Shown here: piece by piece, positions 38,563-52,379 of the stretch | How the letters are laid out: every line of letters begins with the position of its first letter | Numbering within the stretch: position 1 is the first letter of the stretch | Assembly (NCBI GenBank): GCA_951406725.2 | Contig: OX597815.1 | Location: forward strand, 164,362,001-164,426,000 | Direction of reading: 5' to 3' | Origin: Octopus vulgaris | Lineage: Eukaryota | Length of the DNA: 64,000 nucleotides | Made by a program: the position numbers and the translations under genes | Notes under the pieces: model-generated | Databases searched by the model: none | The model's input: the letters and a program-made list of their open reading frames with translations, nothing else | Told to the model about the DNA's origin: nothing

Positions 38563-39559
38563 TTTTGTTACTTACTTAGTGTTTATCTTGGCTACAGTGC
38601 ATATGTAATATTGAGCTTATATTGTTTTTCTTATTTTATTTATTAGCACTTAAACTAAAGTATGATGGAGGAGACAACCATCAATTAACAATGATTAGAA
38701 GTTTGCTTTCTAGTTTTAAGTCTTTTTAACTGTCACGGTTATAAAGTCTCTCTTGGTTTACAACATGATGTTGCATACCAATACATAACTTGTGCTGTGT
38801 GTTAACTTGTGGAAATTGTACAAGAAGCAAACTTTTAAACAACAGTGAGACTTTATTCCTCAGCTAAATTATACAGTGGACCAAATAAACACATCACAGA
38901 TTCTGTTGGTTGTAAAGTTCATCCATCATTTGGATAATTCAGTTCTGGGCATCGTTGGTTGTAAGTGCTTTGTTATAACAGCAGGAAAATGTCATGATCT
39001 ATTCTCCAGGAATTCTCTCACCACTCTCCAAGTGAGGTTTTTGTTAAGGTTATATGTAAGTGAAAAAAGGCTCCCAGCAAAGGTTCAAGTTAGTTATTTA
39101 GAAAGTATTATGCTCAACATAATTGGATCTGAAATCTATATCCTGTGCAATACTTGACCAATCAAAATACAGGACCCAACTAAATGTTCCAAACTCACAT
39201 GATAGGTCAAACAACCAATCATTAAAGATTAACATATGGAGCCTATTTAAGGCTAGTTGACTACAAAATGCCACAACCAAAATGGGTTCTGCTACATCTC
39301 AATAAGATATTTGAAAATTTGCTTCCTTCTTCTCAAGCTAAACTGACCATCTACTTCATAATCTAGTGTTAAAATATATCATTTCTTTACTTGTCTGTTT
39401 CTTTCTATATATTTCAATTATATTTTTTCTGAACTTTCAGCTTCGATCATCTGTCTTCAGTGTTCTAAAATGGTTTCCACATTCATTATTAATAATTAAA
39501 TTCACATCCTGCTTCTTCTCTAAGTCTACCTTCTGCCTATATACTGCTACACAAGATCT

Positions 39560-39960
39560 GATCAAAAACTTTCAGGAGTAATGCTATAAAAAGAAAACTG
39601 CAATACATTTCAATTTGGCATATAACCTTCTTTGAGACACACACTCCCTGAAGCCACACACTTTATCCAGTATTGTTTCCATAGATGGAGGCATTCCTGG
39701 AACTCCCTCTCCCTTTTTTTTTTTTTTTTTTTGAGATAGCAAGCAGCTACTTCATTACATTTTCTTTGCTTTCTTCAACATCATGAAATCATGTTCCTTT
39801 CAAGTGGGATTTGAGTTTTGCCTTGGTTTCAGGATTATAGCCATAGACTCATGATTCATCACCTGTTACAACCATTTTCAAATAAGTCTTCATCTTCCTC
39901 AACACAGTCAAGGAGATCCTGCATCATTGAAACTTGATCTTCCTTTTGAGACAACGGATC
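39560..39960 (-). mobile_element. Mariner transposase fragment
   Basis: Minus strand VVTGDES*VYGYNPETK matches the mariner TGDE.W...Y.PETK motif. Confidence 0.7.
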
Positions 39961-41270
39961 ATTGTGGTTTTTGTCACTGTTTACAATTTTGTTCCAGTTG
40001 TTTTCAAATTTGGTATATGGATAAAGTATGTATACTAATTATGAAAATGAAATTAATTTTCCCTATAAATCCATAATTAAAAAGTTATTAGCCTTTAAAA
40101 TCTGCCAAATTTGAGTATTTTAGCCAATCAAAAGCAAGTATTTTAGACATCACCATGGTGAAGAAGTCTGTTTCTATAGTAGCCAAAGCAAAGAAGCACC
40201 ACATGTTCCATAGCTGATTGTGAAGAACTCTGTTGCCATAGTAACCAAAGATGCTGCGCATGCATACAAGGAGTGTAACCATCACTTGTTCTATAATTGT
40301 TTATTTTCATAACAAGTGGGATTTACACTCAACAAATTGAAAGTACCTGGGCATGGTTGACTCTTATACTTGTGAATTTATATGGAGGAGGAGATACGAG
40401 AAAGATAATTTATTTTATAAAATCCTAGAGTGTATTGTAAACTTTTTCTTGAAATTTTTAAAACTAATAAATGATGTTTTAAACAATGTTTTGACTGTTA
40501 TTTCTAGCAACGTCTGTTGGCTTGTTCGTAGCTTTTAAATATTTAATTTGCTTGCAAATGTTTTAATATTAACTTTGCTCATGTATATCTTAATGTTTTG
40601 ACTGTTATTTCTAGCAACTCCTGTTAGTTTGTTTGTTCATAGCTTGTAAATATTTAATTTGCTCACATAGCTAGTTTAATGTTTTGACATGCCAATGCCC
40701 CACTCCCCCTGATGATGGAAGAGGCAGCGAATGCACTGCTTTCTGATTGGCTGAAAATTCTGAAAATTATCAAACTTTGAACACCTGTAATATTTTTGCA
40801 AAATCTTTCTGGAATAAATGAATAACAAATTTGGATTACCTGCGTTACCTTACTGGCACTTGTGCCGGTGGCATGTGAACAAAACATTCAAGCGAGGTCA
40901 TTGCCAGTGCCGCTGGACTGACTCCTGTGCAGGTGGCAAGTAAAAAGCATCATTTGAGCGAGGCCGTTGCCAGTACCGCCAGACTGGCCCTCGTGCTGGT
41001 GGCACATAAAAACACCCACTACACTCTCAGAGTGGTTGGCTTTAGGAAGGGCATCCAGCTGTAGAAACTCTGCCAGATCAGATTGGAGCCTGGTGCAGCA
41101 ATCTGGTTCGCCAGTCCTAAGGCAAATCGTCCAACCCATGCTAGCATGGAAAGCGGACATTAAATGATGATGACGATGATGATGATGATGATGATGAATT
41201 GTAAACAGTGTCAAAAGCCACAAGGATCTGAGACAACCACACTCTACACACTTTACTACTAAGCACTGCT

Positions 41271-41498
41271 TTAACCCTTTAGTGTTCACACTGTTCTGCC
41301 AAAATTAATGCTTTTTTATCCACATTGTTTTGAACTAATCATGCATTATCTTGTAGCTATGAGATTTTGATGAGGTAGCTGTTAATTTTTAAAATGATAT
41401 TGTAGGGTTGGTGTAAGAGACCAGATCTGGCCAGTTTGAACATAAAACAGGCAGAATACTTCTGGCCGGATATGGCCGGTTTAAATGCTAAAGGGTTA
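41271..41498. mobile_element. piggyBac-like MITE
   Basis: TTAA-CCCTTTAG ... CTAAAGGG-TTAA termini. A partial copy lies at about 60490-60615. Confidence 0.7.
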
Positions 41499-42079
41499 AA
41501 CAACAGAAGTGAGTGAGAATGTTTTAACTTATTGGGCTAAGCAACTTCATAGTGCATACTTCAGCTCCATTACCTTAGCAACAATACTTTTTAATCAGAC
41601 CTTCTACTTGATGAAATTAGAAAAATAACTGACTGAAATATAGTCTGAGGAATGAATATATATTACTCTTACTCTCTTTTACTCTTTTACTTGTTTCAGT
41701 CATTTGACTGTGGCCATGCTGGAGCACCGCCTTTAATCGAGCAACTTGACCCCGAGACTTATTCTTTTGTAAGCCCAGTACTTATTCTACCGGTCTCTTT
41801 TGCCGAACTGCTGAGTAACGGGGACATAAACACACCAGCATCGGTTGTCAAGCAATGCTAGGGGGACAAACACAGACACACAAACACATACATGCATATA
41901 TATATATATACATATATACGACGAACTTCTTTCAGTTTCCGTCTACCAAATCCACTCACAAGGCAATGGTCGGCCCGAGGCTATATTAGAAGACACTTGC
42001 CCAAGGTGCCACGCAGTGGGACTGAACCCGGAACCATGTGGTTAGTAAACAAGCTACTTACCACACAGCCACTCCTGCG

Positions 42080-42203
<124 letters not shown>

Positions 42204-42779
42204 TAGATATAGATATAATTCCACTACCACTGTTGTTATCTTATATTAAGCTTTAGGAATACTTTTTGAAAATATAGAATTACAAGCTTGTTGTATGTGT
42301 AACATATGAGAACCGAAAGCAGTAAATTATTTTACGGCTTTCATAAACACATCTGGTAGCTATTATCTGTTAGTAGCAATATTAATTAAGTTTGAAATTT
42401 CTTTAGTATGTAATTTGTTTATTTATTCCCTTATTTTATAGATAGATTCCTCTACTTTTACTATTTAAATTTGTGCTACTTGATGATGAAAATTGAGTAT
42501 TTGCAGGAAGTATTAATGGAGAATTTTAGACAGAATTCTGATTTATACACAACATAAACCCCTCGTAATCTCCTTATTTTTTTTAAATTATGAGAATATT
42601 TTTTGTGCATTTGTGTTCTACGCAAGGGAATTCATAAGAGATGCAAAAAAAAAAATCTGTTTGTAATTTTTCGAAACTTAAAGAATTTTTTAAATATTTT
42701 AATTAAGAAATATTTTTTTCAGTCACAGTTTAAAATACACACAGATTGAAATTTTGGCTTAAATCCAAGCAATAAACCA

Positions 42780-43008
42780 TTAACCCTTTCATTACCAACC
42801 TGGCTGAAACCAGCTCTGGCTCAGCGGTACAAATATCTTGTTTTCATAAGTTTTGAATTAAAATCTTCCACCAATCATTAGTCACAATTAATGTTCCTAA
42901 CACTAACTGAATGATAACTAAGTTATTTTACTAAATTCTTTGTTATATTTAAAATAATCGAAAGAAACACAGAGCATCTCAAAATAAATACAGTAACGAA
43001 AGGATTAA
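42780..43008. mobile_element. piggyBac-like MITE (related family)
   Basis: TTAA-CCCTTTCATTAC ... GTAACGAAAGGA-TTAA termini. Confidence 0.65.
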
Positions 43009-45396
43009 ATGAGTTTATAGGGAGAAAGACATTGAAAAATATCAATATGTCAGAGTATCAAATAAGAATAGTATGAGGTGGACATGAGATGCACTAAAAA
43101 TAACAGCTAAATCCCCTTACATCTCACAAAAATTTTTTTTTTTTGTTTTTGAACATTCATATAATTTCTCATGTGTAAAACACAAATTCACAAAAAGTTT
43201 CTGAAAATTCTGATAATTAAAAAGTTAGGATTCTACCATCTTGTATCTATGTAACTTTCCTTATGTAAGTCCCAATTGCTAACTCAACAGTGTCAGCATT
43301 CATTACTTTGAGGTTGATTTAGGAAGTGAATATAATGTATATTCACTAATTCCTGCTCAAAAGTAATAAAGTTTGAACTCAAGCTTTCCATTCACACATT
43401 GAAAAAGTAAACAAATTCTTGGATAGTTTTTAATGGTTTATTAAATAATTTTCTTATAAAAATGTAACAATTTGTTTGTCAAAAAAATATTGTAAAGAAT
43501 TTATAAAAACATGCATAAGTTTTCCAAATACTCGCATTGAACATTACAACACGCATAACCATACCAAACCATGCCATTTGACTTTACAAATGATGTTCTT
43601 AACCGTATCAAGTACCACCCCCAGGACGATTACCCCCCATAGGACAATTCCCCCCGATGACAACTACCCCCTATGACAATTAGCCCCTTTGGTTAATTAG
43701 CCCCTCTCCAATATATTAAGGAGTTTTAAATCATCATTTGTTGTCTTCAGTTACAATTGTCCTTGGCGGGGTATGTTTTGAGATCTCAGTTCTGCATAAC
43801 TTTGGTCAAGAAATACTTGAAATGCAAACTAGACCTCTACACCCGGTACATGGGTCAATATGTTTTAGAATCTGATCCAAGAAGCATTGTTTCTTATTGA
43901 CAATGCTGTCATAGCATATTCAGAATCTAACTATTGTTGATTAACCCTTAGGAGATGATAGGGCCGGTCTGTTGGTCAAAAAAGTTGTATGACAAAGAAG
44001 ATTGTATTAATTCCTTCAATTTCCTACAAGAATATATATAGTTTTATATATGTAAAGTAATTACTTCATTTGCTCATAATTTTTTTTTTAAAGTAAGTGC
44101 ATGCCCACAGTAGGGCTTGTGAAAAGGGCTCCATTTTCTTGGTACTGAAACTCCAAATGAAACTCTGTTTCCAAAAGGGTTAATGATTAAAGATTCTTCT
44201 TTTCATAAACTCATCTGTTGGAACAGCATAAAAGTTGGGCACAACACATGTAAGTCTCGGCAGTGACCCTAAAATTTCAACTTTCATTCATTGGTCAATG
44301 CTGATTCCTTCAAATTGCTCCAGAATATCATAATCTTGGCAGACAGTGTCCAGTCATCAGAGAAATAAGAGCTCAAGAAAATCACCTGAAGCCAGTCAAT
44401 CATTTGATTGCCAATGCTCTTATGGGATCAACCACAAAAACATAATGGTGACTACAACTTTCCAAGTTTACCATATCTTCTGCACGACTGTGAAAATTGG
44501 ACACCACATAGGCAACACATCAAAGAGCTTAACTGACTTAAAATGAGACTCTTCTAATTACTATAGCATCAAAGAGCAGAGTAGGGTTGCAGACTTACAG
44601 GGCTGGTCTGGTCTGGTTTAGTTAGTATCAATGCTAAACACAGCTATGCTGGGGAAGTCACATTATTTGGAAGCATTGCTTCTGTATGTTACTCTACATC
44701 CTCCATGAAATTCTCATAAAAGCTTGCAAAACACACGGACATAGAGAGAGAGATGAAAGAAGAGAGTTATTACACAGATGCCAGCGCACCTAAGACTGGT
44801 TTTATGATACAAGCCTTATGCTTATTTAACATGATCTAATTTGAAACTTTCCACCAACATTTTCTGCTGATTAATGTTCCAGACACGAGCTTAATTGTGA
44901 CAAAGTAATTTTACTAAATTTTTTATTATTTCAAAATTAATTAAAACTAAGGTAGTGTATTTCAATGGAAATTAAGATTTAAGTCAATGGAATTAGAGAA
45001 TGTAGAAAACCATCTGAAAAAGAGGATTTGAACAAAAATTGCAATGCCAAATCTAATGGTTGGTAGGTTATGCCCTCAAATATGTATATGTAAAATAAAT
45101 ATGCATTATTGAAATTAGTTTTCAATAAATAATATTTGCAACAGTGTGAGATTTAATACATATTTTGTACTAATAACAAAACATCTTGGAAAATGACTTT
45201 AAAATCCTTTTTTAAAGACATTGTAATAGATAGATTCTATAACATTGTTTGAAATAATGTAATCTAGAATCCATACTTGATGGAAAAAGAAAAAACATAA
45301 CCCAAATAAATATAACACATTTAAACTGAAGAGTTTGTATTTGTACATTTTGAACAAAATATATAGACAACTGCAGATCATCTCATTTATATATTT

Positions 45397-45523
45397 TCAA
45401 TCACAAAAGCTTTTTCCTACATCTCTAATTTTTGCAGCAAATTTATTTAAGGTCTCATTTATTTTGTTAACTCGTTGCATCCTTTTAACAACCAAACCTT
45501 GGCGGTCAATCAAAAATTTATAC
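45397..45523 (-). CDS. C3-like gene terminal coding exon (C345C/NTR C-terminus)
   Basis: ctttcag acceptor, phase 2 matching the previous exon. YKFLIDRQGLVVKRMQRVNKINETLNKFAAKIRDVGKSFCD* ends with the typical terminal helix and Cys. All six exons join in frame with no stops. Confidence 0.85.
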
Positions 45524-45831
45524 CTGAAAGAAATATTAGAAAGCATTTTTTTAGATAAAAGATTAGATACATTAAAAACATGATAGTTCAATAGTTTTGG
45601 AAAATATTATTTGGTGGAAGACACTTGCCTAAGGTGCCACACAATGGGACTGAATCTGGAACCATGTGGCCTAGAAGCAAACATCTTACCACATACTCAC
45701 ACCTACATCTTATATATATATTATAAATATGCATGTGTATTGGTGTGCGCTTGTTTACGTTTTTGAGCACATGTTTAAAGCCACACACACACACAAACTC
45801 ACACACACACCAATGTTTTGTGAGTGCATTT

Positions 45832-45895
<64 letters not shown>

Positions 45896-48831
45896 ATGTG
45901 TGTGTGTGTTTGTATGTGTGTGTGTGGCTTTAAATGTGTTATTCATAGATGACACTCAGAGATAACATTCAGAAATGGCACTCAGCCAAGTGGTCATGTA
46001 AAAAAAATTTTTTTAAATGTGCCCTTTTTAAAGCCTAACCAGGCTCATGGGCCCAGTTTCCTGGTTTCTATGGTGTATGTGTTCCCCAGCTGGACAGGAC
46101 GCCAGTCCATCGCAGCGTTACTCATTTTTGCCAGCTGAGTGGACTGAAGTGTTTTGCTCAAGAACACAATGCGTTGCCCGGTCCAGGAATTGAAACCACA
46201 ATCTTACGATGTTGATGCTGACACCCTAGCCACTAAGCTACGCACCTCCATGAAGTGGTCAGGTAGCAGAACTAAATCCAAAACTACGCAGTTGAGAAGT
46301 GAATTTCTTCACCCACACAGTTATGCTGCTGGCCAGTATTTTATGTTGTTCACAAAAGGAGGAGATGTTTAGTATTATGTTTATAAGAAGGAAGTGAAAA
46401 ATGAGCTTGAAAGAAAAAGTTTCTGATGAGTATATTAACCTGCTCAAATTAGCAACTAACTCGCATTCAAACTACTTTTTATCATATAGTTTTTACTTAT
46501 TTTAGTCATTAAACTGTGGCTATGCTGGGGCACTGTCTTGAAGAATTTTTAAGTGAATGATTCGACCCCAGTATTTATTTTTTAAAGCCTTGTACTTATT
46601 CCATTGGTTCTTTTGCTGAACCACTAAGTTATTGGGATGTAAACACACCAATACTGGTTGTCAAGTGGGGGGGGGGGGCAAACACAGACACAAAGACACA
46701 CACATATATAGATATAGATATATACGACAGGTTTTTTGCAGTTTCCATCTATCAAATCCATACACAAGGCATTGGTTAGCCCAAGGCTATAGGAGAAGGC
46801 ACTTGCCCAAGATGTCAAGCAATGGGACTGAACCCAGAACCGTATAGCAGGTAAATAAGCTTCTTACGACACAGTTTATGGATTCTACAAACCTCCTGTA
46901 ATGGTGCAATCTGAAACTAATTTTTCAGTACAAGTAGGACTACTTTCAGAGAGCGAGAGAGGGGGGGGAGAGAGAGAGAGAGAGAGCAGCTAATGGGATT
47001 TTTTATAGAAACTTTCATAACAGACCTTGTCAATATCTAAAGTACACCAGTGTTATTGGTGTGGGACATCAGAATAGATTTAGATTTGCAGATCCATGCT
47101 TAAAATTATCTAAAACTGTTTCCCAACATATTTTCCCTCCTCTGGCCTAACTATAACTTTCCTGAAAAATGTATGCCCCACCAGTGCTTGAAAAAAAAAA
47201 AAAACAACTTTATTTTTTATATTTTATCATAGTTATTTCAAACAAAATAATCTGTAGTACCTGTATTTCAAAGGGCTAGCCTTGTCACACTCTGTGTCAT
47301 GTTGAATCTGCCTGTGAACTATGTTAAGGCTGCACATGCTTGTAGTGTGCTCAGCCTCTTGCAGGTTAATTTCATGAACAGGCTGACCCATTGATTAGAA
47401 CCTACGTCGTCATAACCAACATAACGGAATGCCAGTTACATAATTTACAGGTAACTTTTTATTATGTACTGAGTATCAGCTTCTCATAGTTATATGCTTT
47501 CCTTAAAGAAATGTCCACACTTGGGCATTAGAATAGTGCTATACTGTCACAAACAGTCTTCACACTAAATACTTAGCTGGAGGGATTGGTTTGGCTTGGA
47601 TGAGTACAGATGTAATATGTCTGCTGTGGAAAAAGATTTTCAAAATTCTATATCCCACTAAAAAAAAAAATTTGGGATCTCATGCCCCACCACTATTTTC
47701 CCAGGCCCCATCAGTGGGCCATATGCCACATATTGGGAATCATTGATCTAAAATATTTTAAGATTCAACAAGAGGAAGGAGTAAATCTTCTGTTATAATT
47801 TCAAATTGATTCCTGGACCGGGCAACGCATTGCGTTCTTGAGCAAAACACTTCATTTCACGTTGCTCCAGTCCACTCAGCTGGCAAAAATGAGTAACACT
47901 GTGATGGAGTGGCGTACTGTCCAGTTGGGGAACACTTAAGTCATTGAAACTGGGAAACTGGGCCCATGAGCTTGGCTAAGCTTTAAAAGGGTGCATTTAT
48001 TTATTTCATTTATAATTTCAAATATTTTAAACAATATTGAATAAAGAATTAAAGAAATTGTTTATCTTGAGTCTAATGCCCAATTTGTTATTAGTGATGG
48101 AAACAGTATTAGTTCAAAACAGCATTCTGTATATCTTACTTAACGTAGATATACTTCAGAAAGCCAGAAAACTACATTATTCATCAAGAGAAAGCATCTT
48201 GTACAGATATATTAGTTCCCAAAAGCACAGATGTACCTCAGTAGCAGACACTCAGTAGCAGACACTCAGTAGCAGACACTCAGTAGCAGTGTTATTCTAT
48301 ATCAGTAGAGGCTGAATTTGCCTATGCAAATGGTTACTTCTAGATGCTTACTACTTATATACTTCTATGTTTTTTTTAGCATTATGCACCTATGGAAGAT
48401 GTTTTCTTGAGATGAATACTGTAGTTTTCTGACTTTCTATAGTATATCTACATTAAGTAAAACATACAGGATGCTATAATGCTCACATTTGCATGTGTCT
48501 GTGTGCATCGCTTGTGTTAGTTGGAATTTAGTGAGAAGTGTGCAGTACTTCAATGCTACACTCTTATCTTTTCAGATTTGGCTGCTTGATTAAAACAGAG
48601 AAGATTTAGGAAAAACTAATGAAAATTCACAAGGCAATGATACATCTATACATCAAATGTATTTAAAACAATCAGTTACCTACTTCAAATTCTCATTACA
48701 CAAGTATAAAAGATAGCAATACCAGAATTAGAATCATCCATCATTTTTTATATAAATTTTAATTTCTTAAATTTATTTGATTTAATGCATTAAAAGAACT
48801 ATAATTAATTTGAAGTAAATGGAATACTTAC

Positions 48832-48961
48832 CCAACTTCTGACTTGTAGTATTTATTTGTCATTATCAGATATCTGTCATTATCATAGTCCATTTCTGGA
48901 CAAAAGCAATAAGCTTTTTGAATTATTATTGTTATGTTATTTTGGTTCATGGAAGTGGGAC
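48832..48961 (-). CDS. C3-like gene exon (C345C/NTR)
   Basis: tttactag acceptor, GTAAGT donor, 130 nt, phase 1-2. PTSMNQNNITIIIQKAYCFCPEMDYDNDRYLIMTNKYYKSEVG contains the NTR CxCP...YLIM motif. Confidence 0.85.
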
Positions 48962-49638
48962 CTAGTAAAATTATACAAAAGGTAGTCAGATAAAAGTAAA
49001 ATAGCTATATTTGAATTTTTTATTTTTATTTTATTTTATTTCACTTGTTTCAGTCATTTGACTGCAGCTACCTTGAAGGGTTTTTCTAGTTGCGTAAATC
49101 AACCCCAGGGCGCATTTTTTAAAACCTAGTACTTATTCTATTGGTCTCTTTTGGGGGTGTAAACACACCAACACACCAGTGGTGGTGAAGAGACAAAACT
49201 TCCTGTTTGGACCATGCATGTTTATTTTTGCCATTTTAATCTTTCTTTTATTCTTTTATTATTTTACTCGTTTCAGTCATTTGACTGCGGCCATGCTGGA
49301 GCACTGCCTTAAAGTGGTTTTTTTTTTAGTCAATGGAATCAACCCCAGGACTTATTCTTTGTAAGCCTAGTACTTATTCTATCTTGAGTATTTTGCTGAG
49401 TGCTGTGTTTTTCACAGCGTGTTATTAAAGCCCTAAGATAACGCCCAAATGCCCTACATCTTGTAAGGCTTCTGGTAGTGAGCCCAAGTGCCAGAAAACA
49501 TTATATATATATATATATACATATAACATTATATTTTTATATTTATAGGCATTGTTATAGATCATGTCCAATATTTGCAGTTTTTTACTATTCATAGGTA
49601 CTCTAGGAATGTAACCCCCATGAATACCAGAGGACTAC

Positions 49639-49684
<46 letters not shown>

Positions 49685-50499
49685 CATGGATGTATATACA
49701 ATGAGCTTCTCTCAGTTTCCATCTACCAAATCCACTCACAAGGCTTTGGTTGGCTTGAGGCTATAGTAGAAGACACTTGCCCAAGGTGGGACTGAACCCA
49801 GAACCTTATGGTTGGGAAGTAAGCTTCTTACCACACAGTCATGCCTGCCCCTGTGTATTTTTTCTTCCTTTGATTTTTGAGGTTAATGGCAGGTAATACC
49901 TAAACAGTAAGTTAGAATTTGACAATATTGTTAATTAATGATTTATCATTTATTTATTAATGATTCAATTAGGAAATCAACAACTGGCAATCAATGTTTT
50001 GTAAATATTAATGGAAATATATACATTCAACTTTAATGTATTCAACCTACTTAGCAGGTGAAAGGACATAATAATACAGGTAAAAAATCTATAAGAATAA
50101 CAAAAACAAACCACATTCACAATGTAAGCCAATAATTATTATATGATACGAGCGAATTTCATCCAAATTTATTCAATAATTACATTTCTGTGATATTAAA
50201 TTTTTTGCAAAGAACTTGCAGATTCAAGTGCTACCAGTTGAAAGCTCTGGATACTGGAAGTTAGCAAGTTTATGGGGTCATCAGGAGAGAATGCAGACCA
50301 TTTTGGGTGCTTACCTCTCAATAGCATCACAGCGCACCAGCCCTCCTTACTGAAATGAAGCCCTACTTGTTAGATCAACTGGTTATCAGGTTTCACTCAA
50401 TATTCTTATAGCCGTTAATTATCGTCTCTTTTTAACCAAATCCAGTGGTTTGCCTTCTCCACTGTAGTTTGGATATCACTCATGGTGATATTTGTTTTA

Positions 50500-50700
50500 C
50501 AATGAGTTAGGCCTATCAATAATAACAGTCACCTCACAATTTGTCCATCAAATCTTCTACATCTGCCTTTGATTAGAAAATGTTCTGCTTTCCAGCCTGC
50601 GTCTTCACATTTATTGAGGAGGTTTTCATAATGGTTAATCTTTTGAGCCTGAGTTGTGTCCATGTTATCTTCAAGAGGAGCCATTAACTTGACACTCTTT
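50500..50700 (-). mobile_element. Restriction-like endonuclease (RLE) non-LTR retrotransposon remnant (R2/NeSL/Hero group)
   Basis: KLMAPLEDNMDTTQAQKINHYENLLNKCEDAGWKAEHFLIKGRCR resembles ELTVPWE....A...K..KY..L...C...GW......EVG.RG. Confidence 0.6.
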
Positions 50701-51648
50701 TTATTTTCCACTTGTTTTAACCATTGAACTACAGCCATGCTGGGGTACTGCTTTGAAGGGTTTAGTCAAACAAATTGCCCTGTACTTTTTTTTTTAAGCC
50801 TGGTACTTATTCTATTGGTTGCGTTTTATCAAACTAAGTTACAGGAATGGAAACAAACCAACAGCAGTTAAGTGGTGAGAGACAAACACAAAACACACAT
50901 ACACACACATATGATAGACTTCTTTCAGTTTCTGTCAACCAAATCCACTCACCTGGCTTTGATCAACACAAGACTATAGTAGAAGACACTTGCCCTAGGT
51001 GCCATGAAGAGGGACTGAACCTGGAACCATATGGATGTGAAGTAAAGGTCGTACCATACAGCCACACCTGTACCTGTTTACTATTTTTCATTGAAATCTC
51101 TTGCTTCTAACAGGAATGAGAAATTTAAACAGATAAATTGTAGTCGTGGCCAATGCCAGTGCTGTGTGACTGGCACCCATGCTGGTGCCACATTAAAAGC
51201 ACCATTCAAGCATTGAGCCTCATGGAAGTAGTGACAGGTGACTGAGACCTTTGGTAATATACTGTGCTTAAGAAGACCTGTCAAGCCAAGTAAGAGAATA
51301 GTCATGGCCAATGCCAGTGTCACATAACTGACATGTGTGCTAGTGGCATGTAAAAAGCACTCACTACGCTCTTGGAGTCGTTGATATTAGGAAAAGAATC
51401 TAGCTGTAGAAACCATACCAAGTCAGATTGGAACCTGGTGCTGCTCCCCAGTGTACCAGTTCTGTCAAACTGTCCAACCCATGCCAGCATGGAAAACGGA
51501 TGTCAAATGATGACGATGATGAACGACAGGACTTTAAAAGTGGATGGGCATGTGTGTGCATGTGTGTCTGGGTATAGCTATTAGTGATTAAATCTATTTC
51601 TTTGTAATCAAAATAAAAGTACAAATTAATTACAAAATAAATTCTTAC

Positions 51649-51723
51649 CTTTAAATAACTCTGTGATTTTTGCTGTGTATGTTTTAAAATCAGAATCATA
51701 TGACAACACTGTGATGAATGCCA
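51649..51723 (-). CDS. C3-like gene exon (C345C/NTR)
   Basis: ttacag acceptor, GTAAGA donor, 75 nt, phase 1-1. VAFITVLSYDSDFKTYTAKITELFKG fits the NTR Y...I...K.G strand. Confidence 0.82.
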
Positions 51724-51789
51724 CTGTAACAAATGGTGTTAATAAAATAAATAAATAAATAAATAAATATTTAAAAAAAAAAAAAAAAA

Positions 51790-51838
<49 letters not shown>

Positions 51839-52200
51839 GCCCTACTGCAATACCAGGCAGTGGCTCTCATGGCTTCTGATCTTAACTGATTGGAAATGCA
51901 ATCATGTACATTGTTTTGTCTTGGTATAAAAGATAGGCTACAGTAAATATTCTGCTCAATGCCACAGATTTACATGTCAGTTGCTTGACCTTAACCACTT
52001 GAGCATGTCCCTTAGTGGCTGACAATATGTGCATCTCTGATCATGCACTGTTTATCTTGATATGAGATTACCATGTCATGCACATGTGATTGTGATGCAT
52101 GTGTCTGGTGTACCCTTATCAGACTGGTAGTCATGATGGGTGTATTGGTCTTCATATAATTTTACGTGTCACTTTGATGGCATGTGCTGCTCTCTCACTC

Positions 52201-52270
<70 letters not shown>

Positions 52271-52379
52271 GTTTGAATGATGGTAGGTTAAAGTGAGAGA
52301 ACAACTGATGTGATAGGTCTGTTATCAAATGAACACGGAAACTTTTTTTCAGGTGCTAAATAACATCACACCTTCCCAT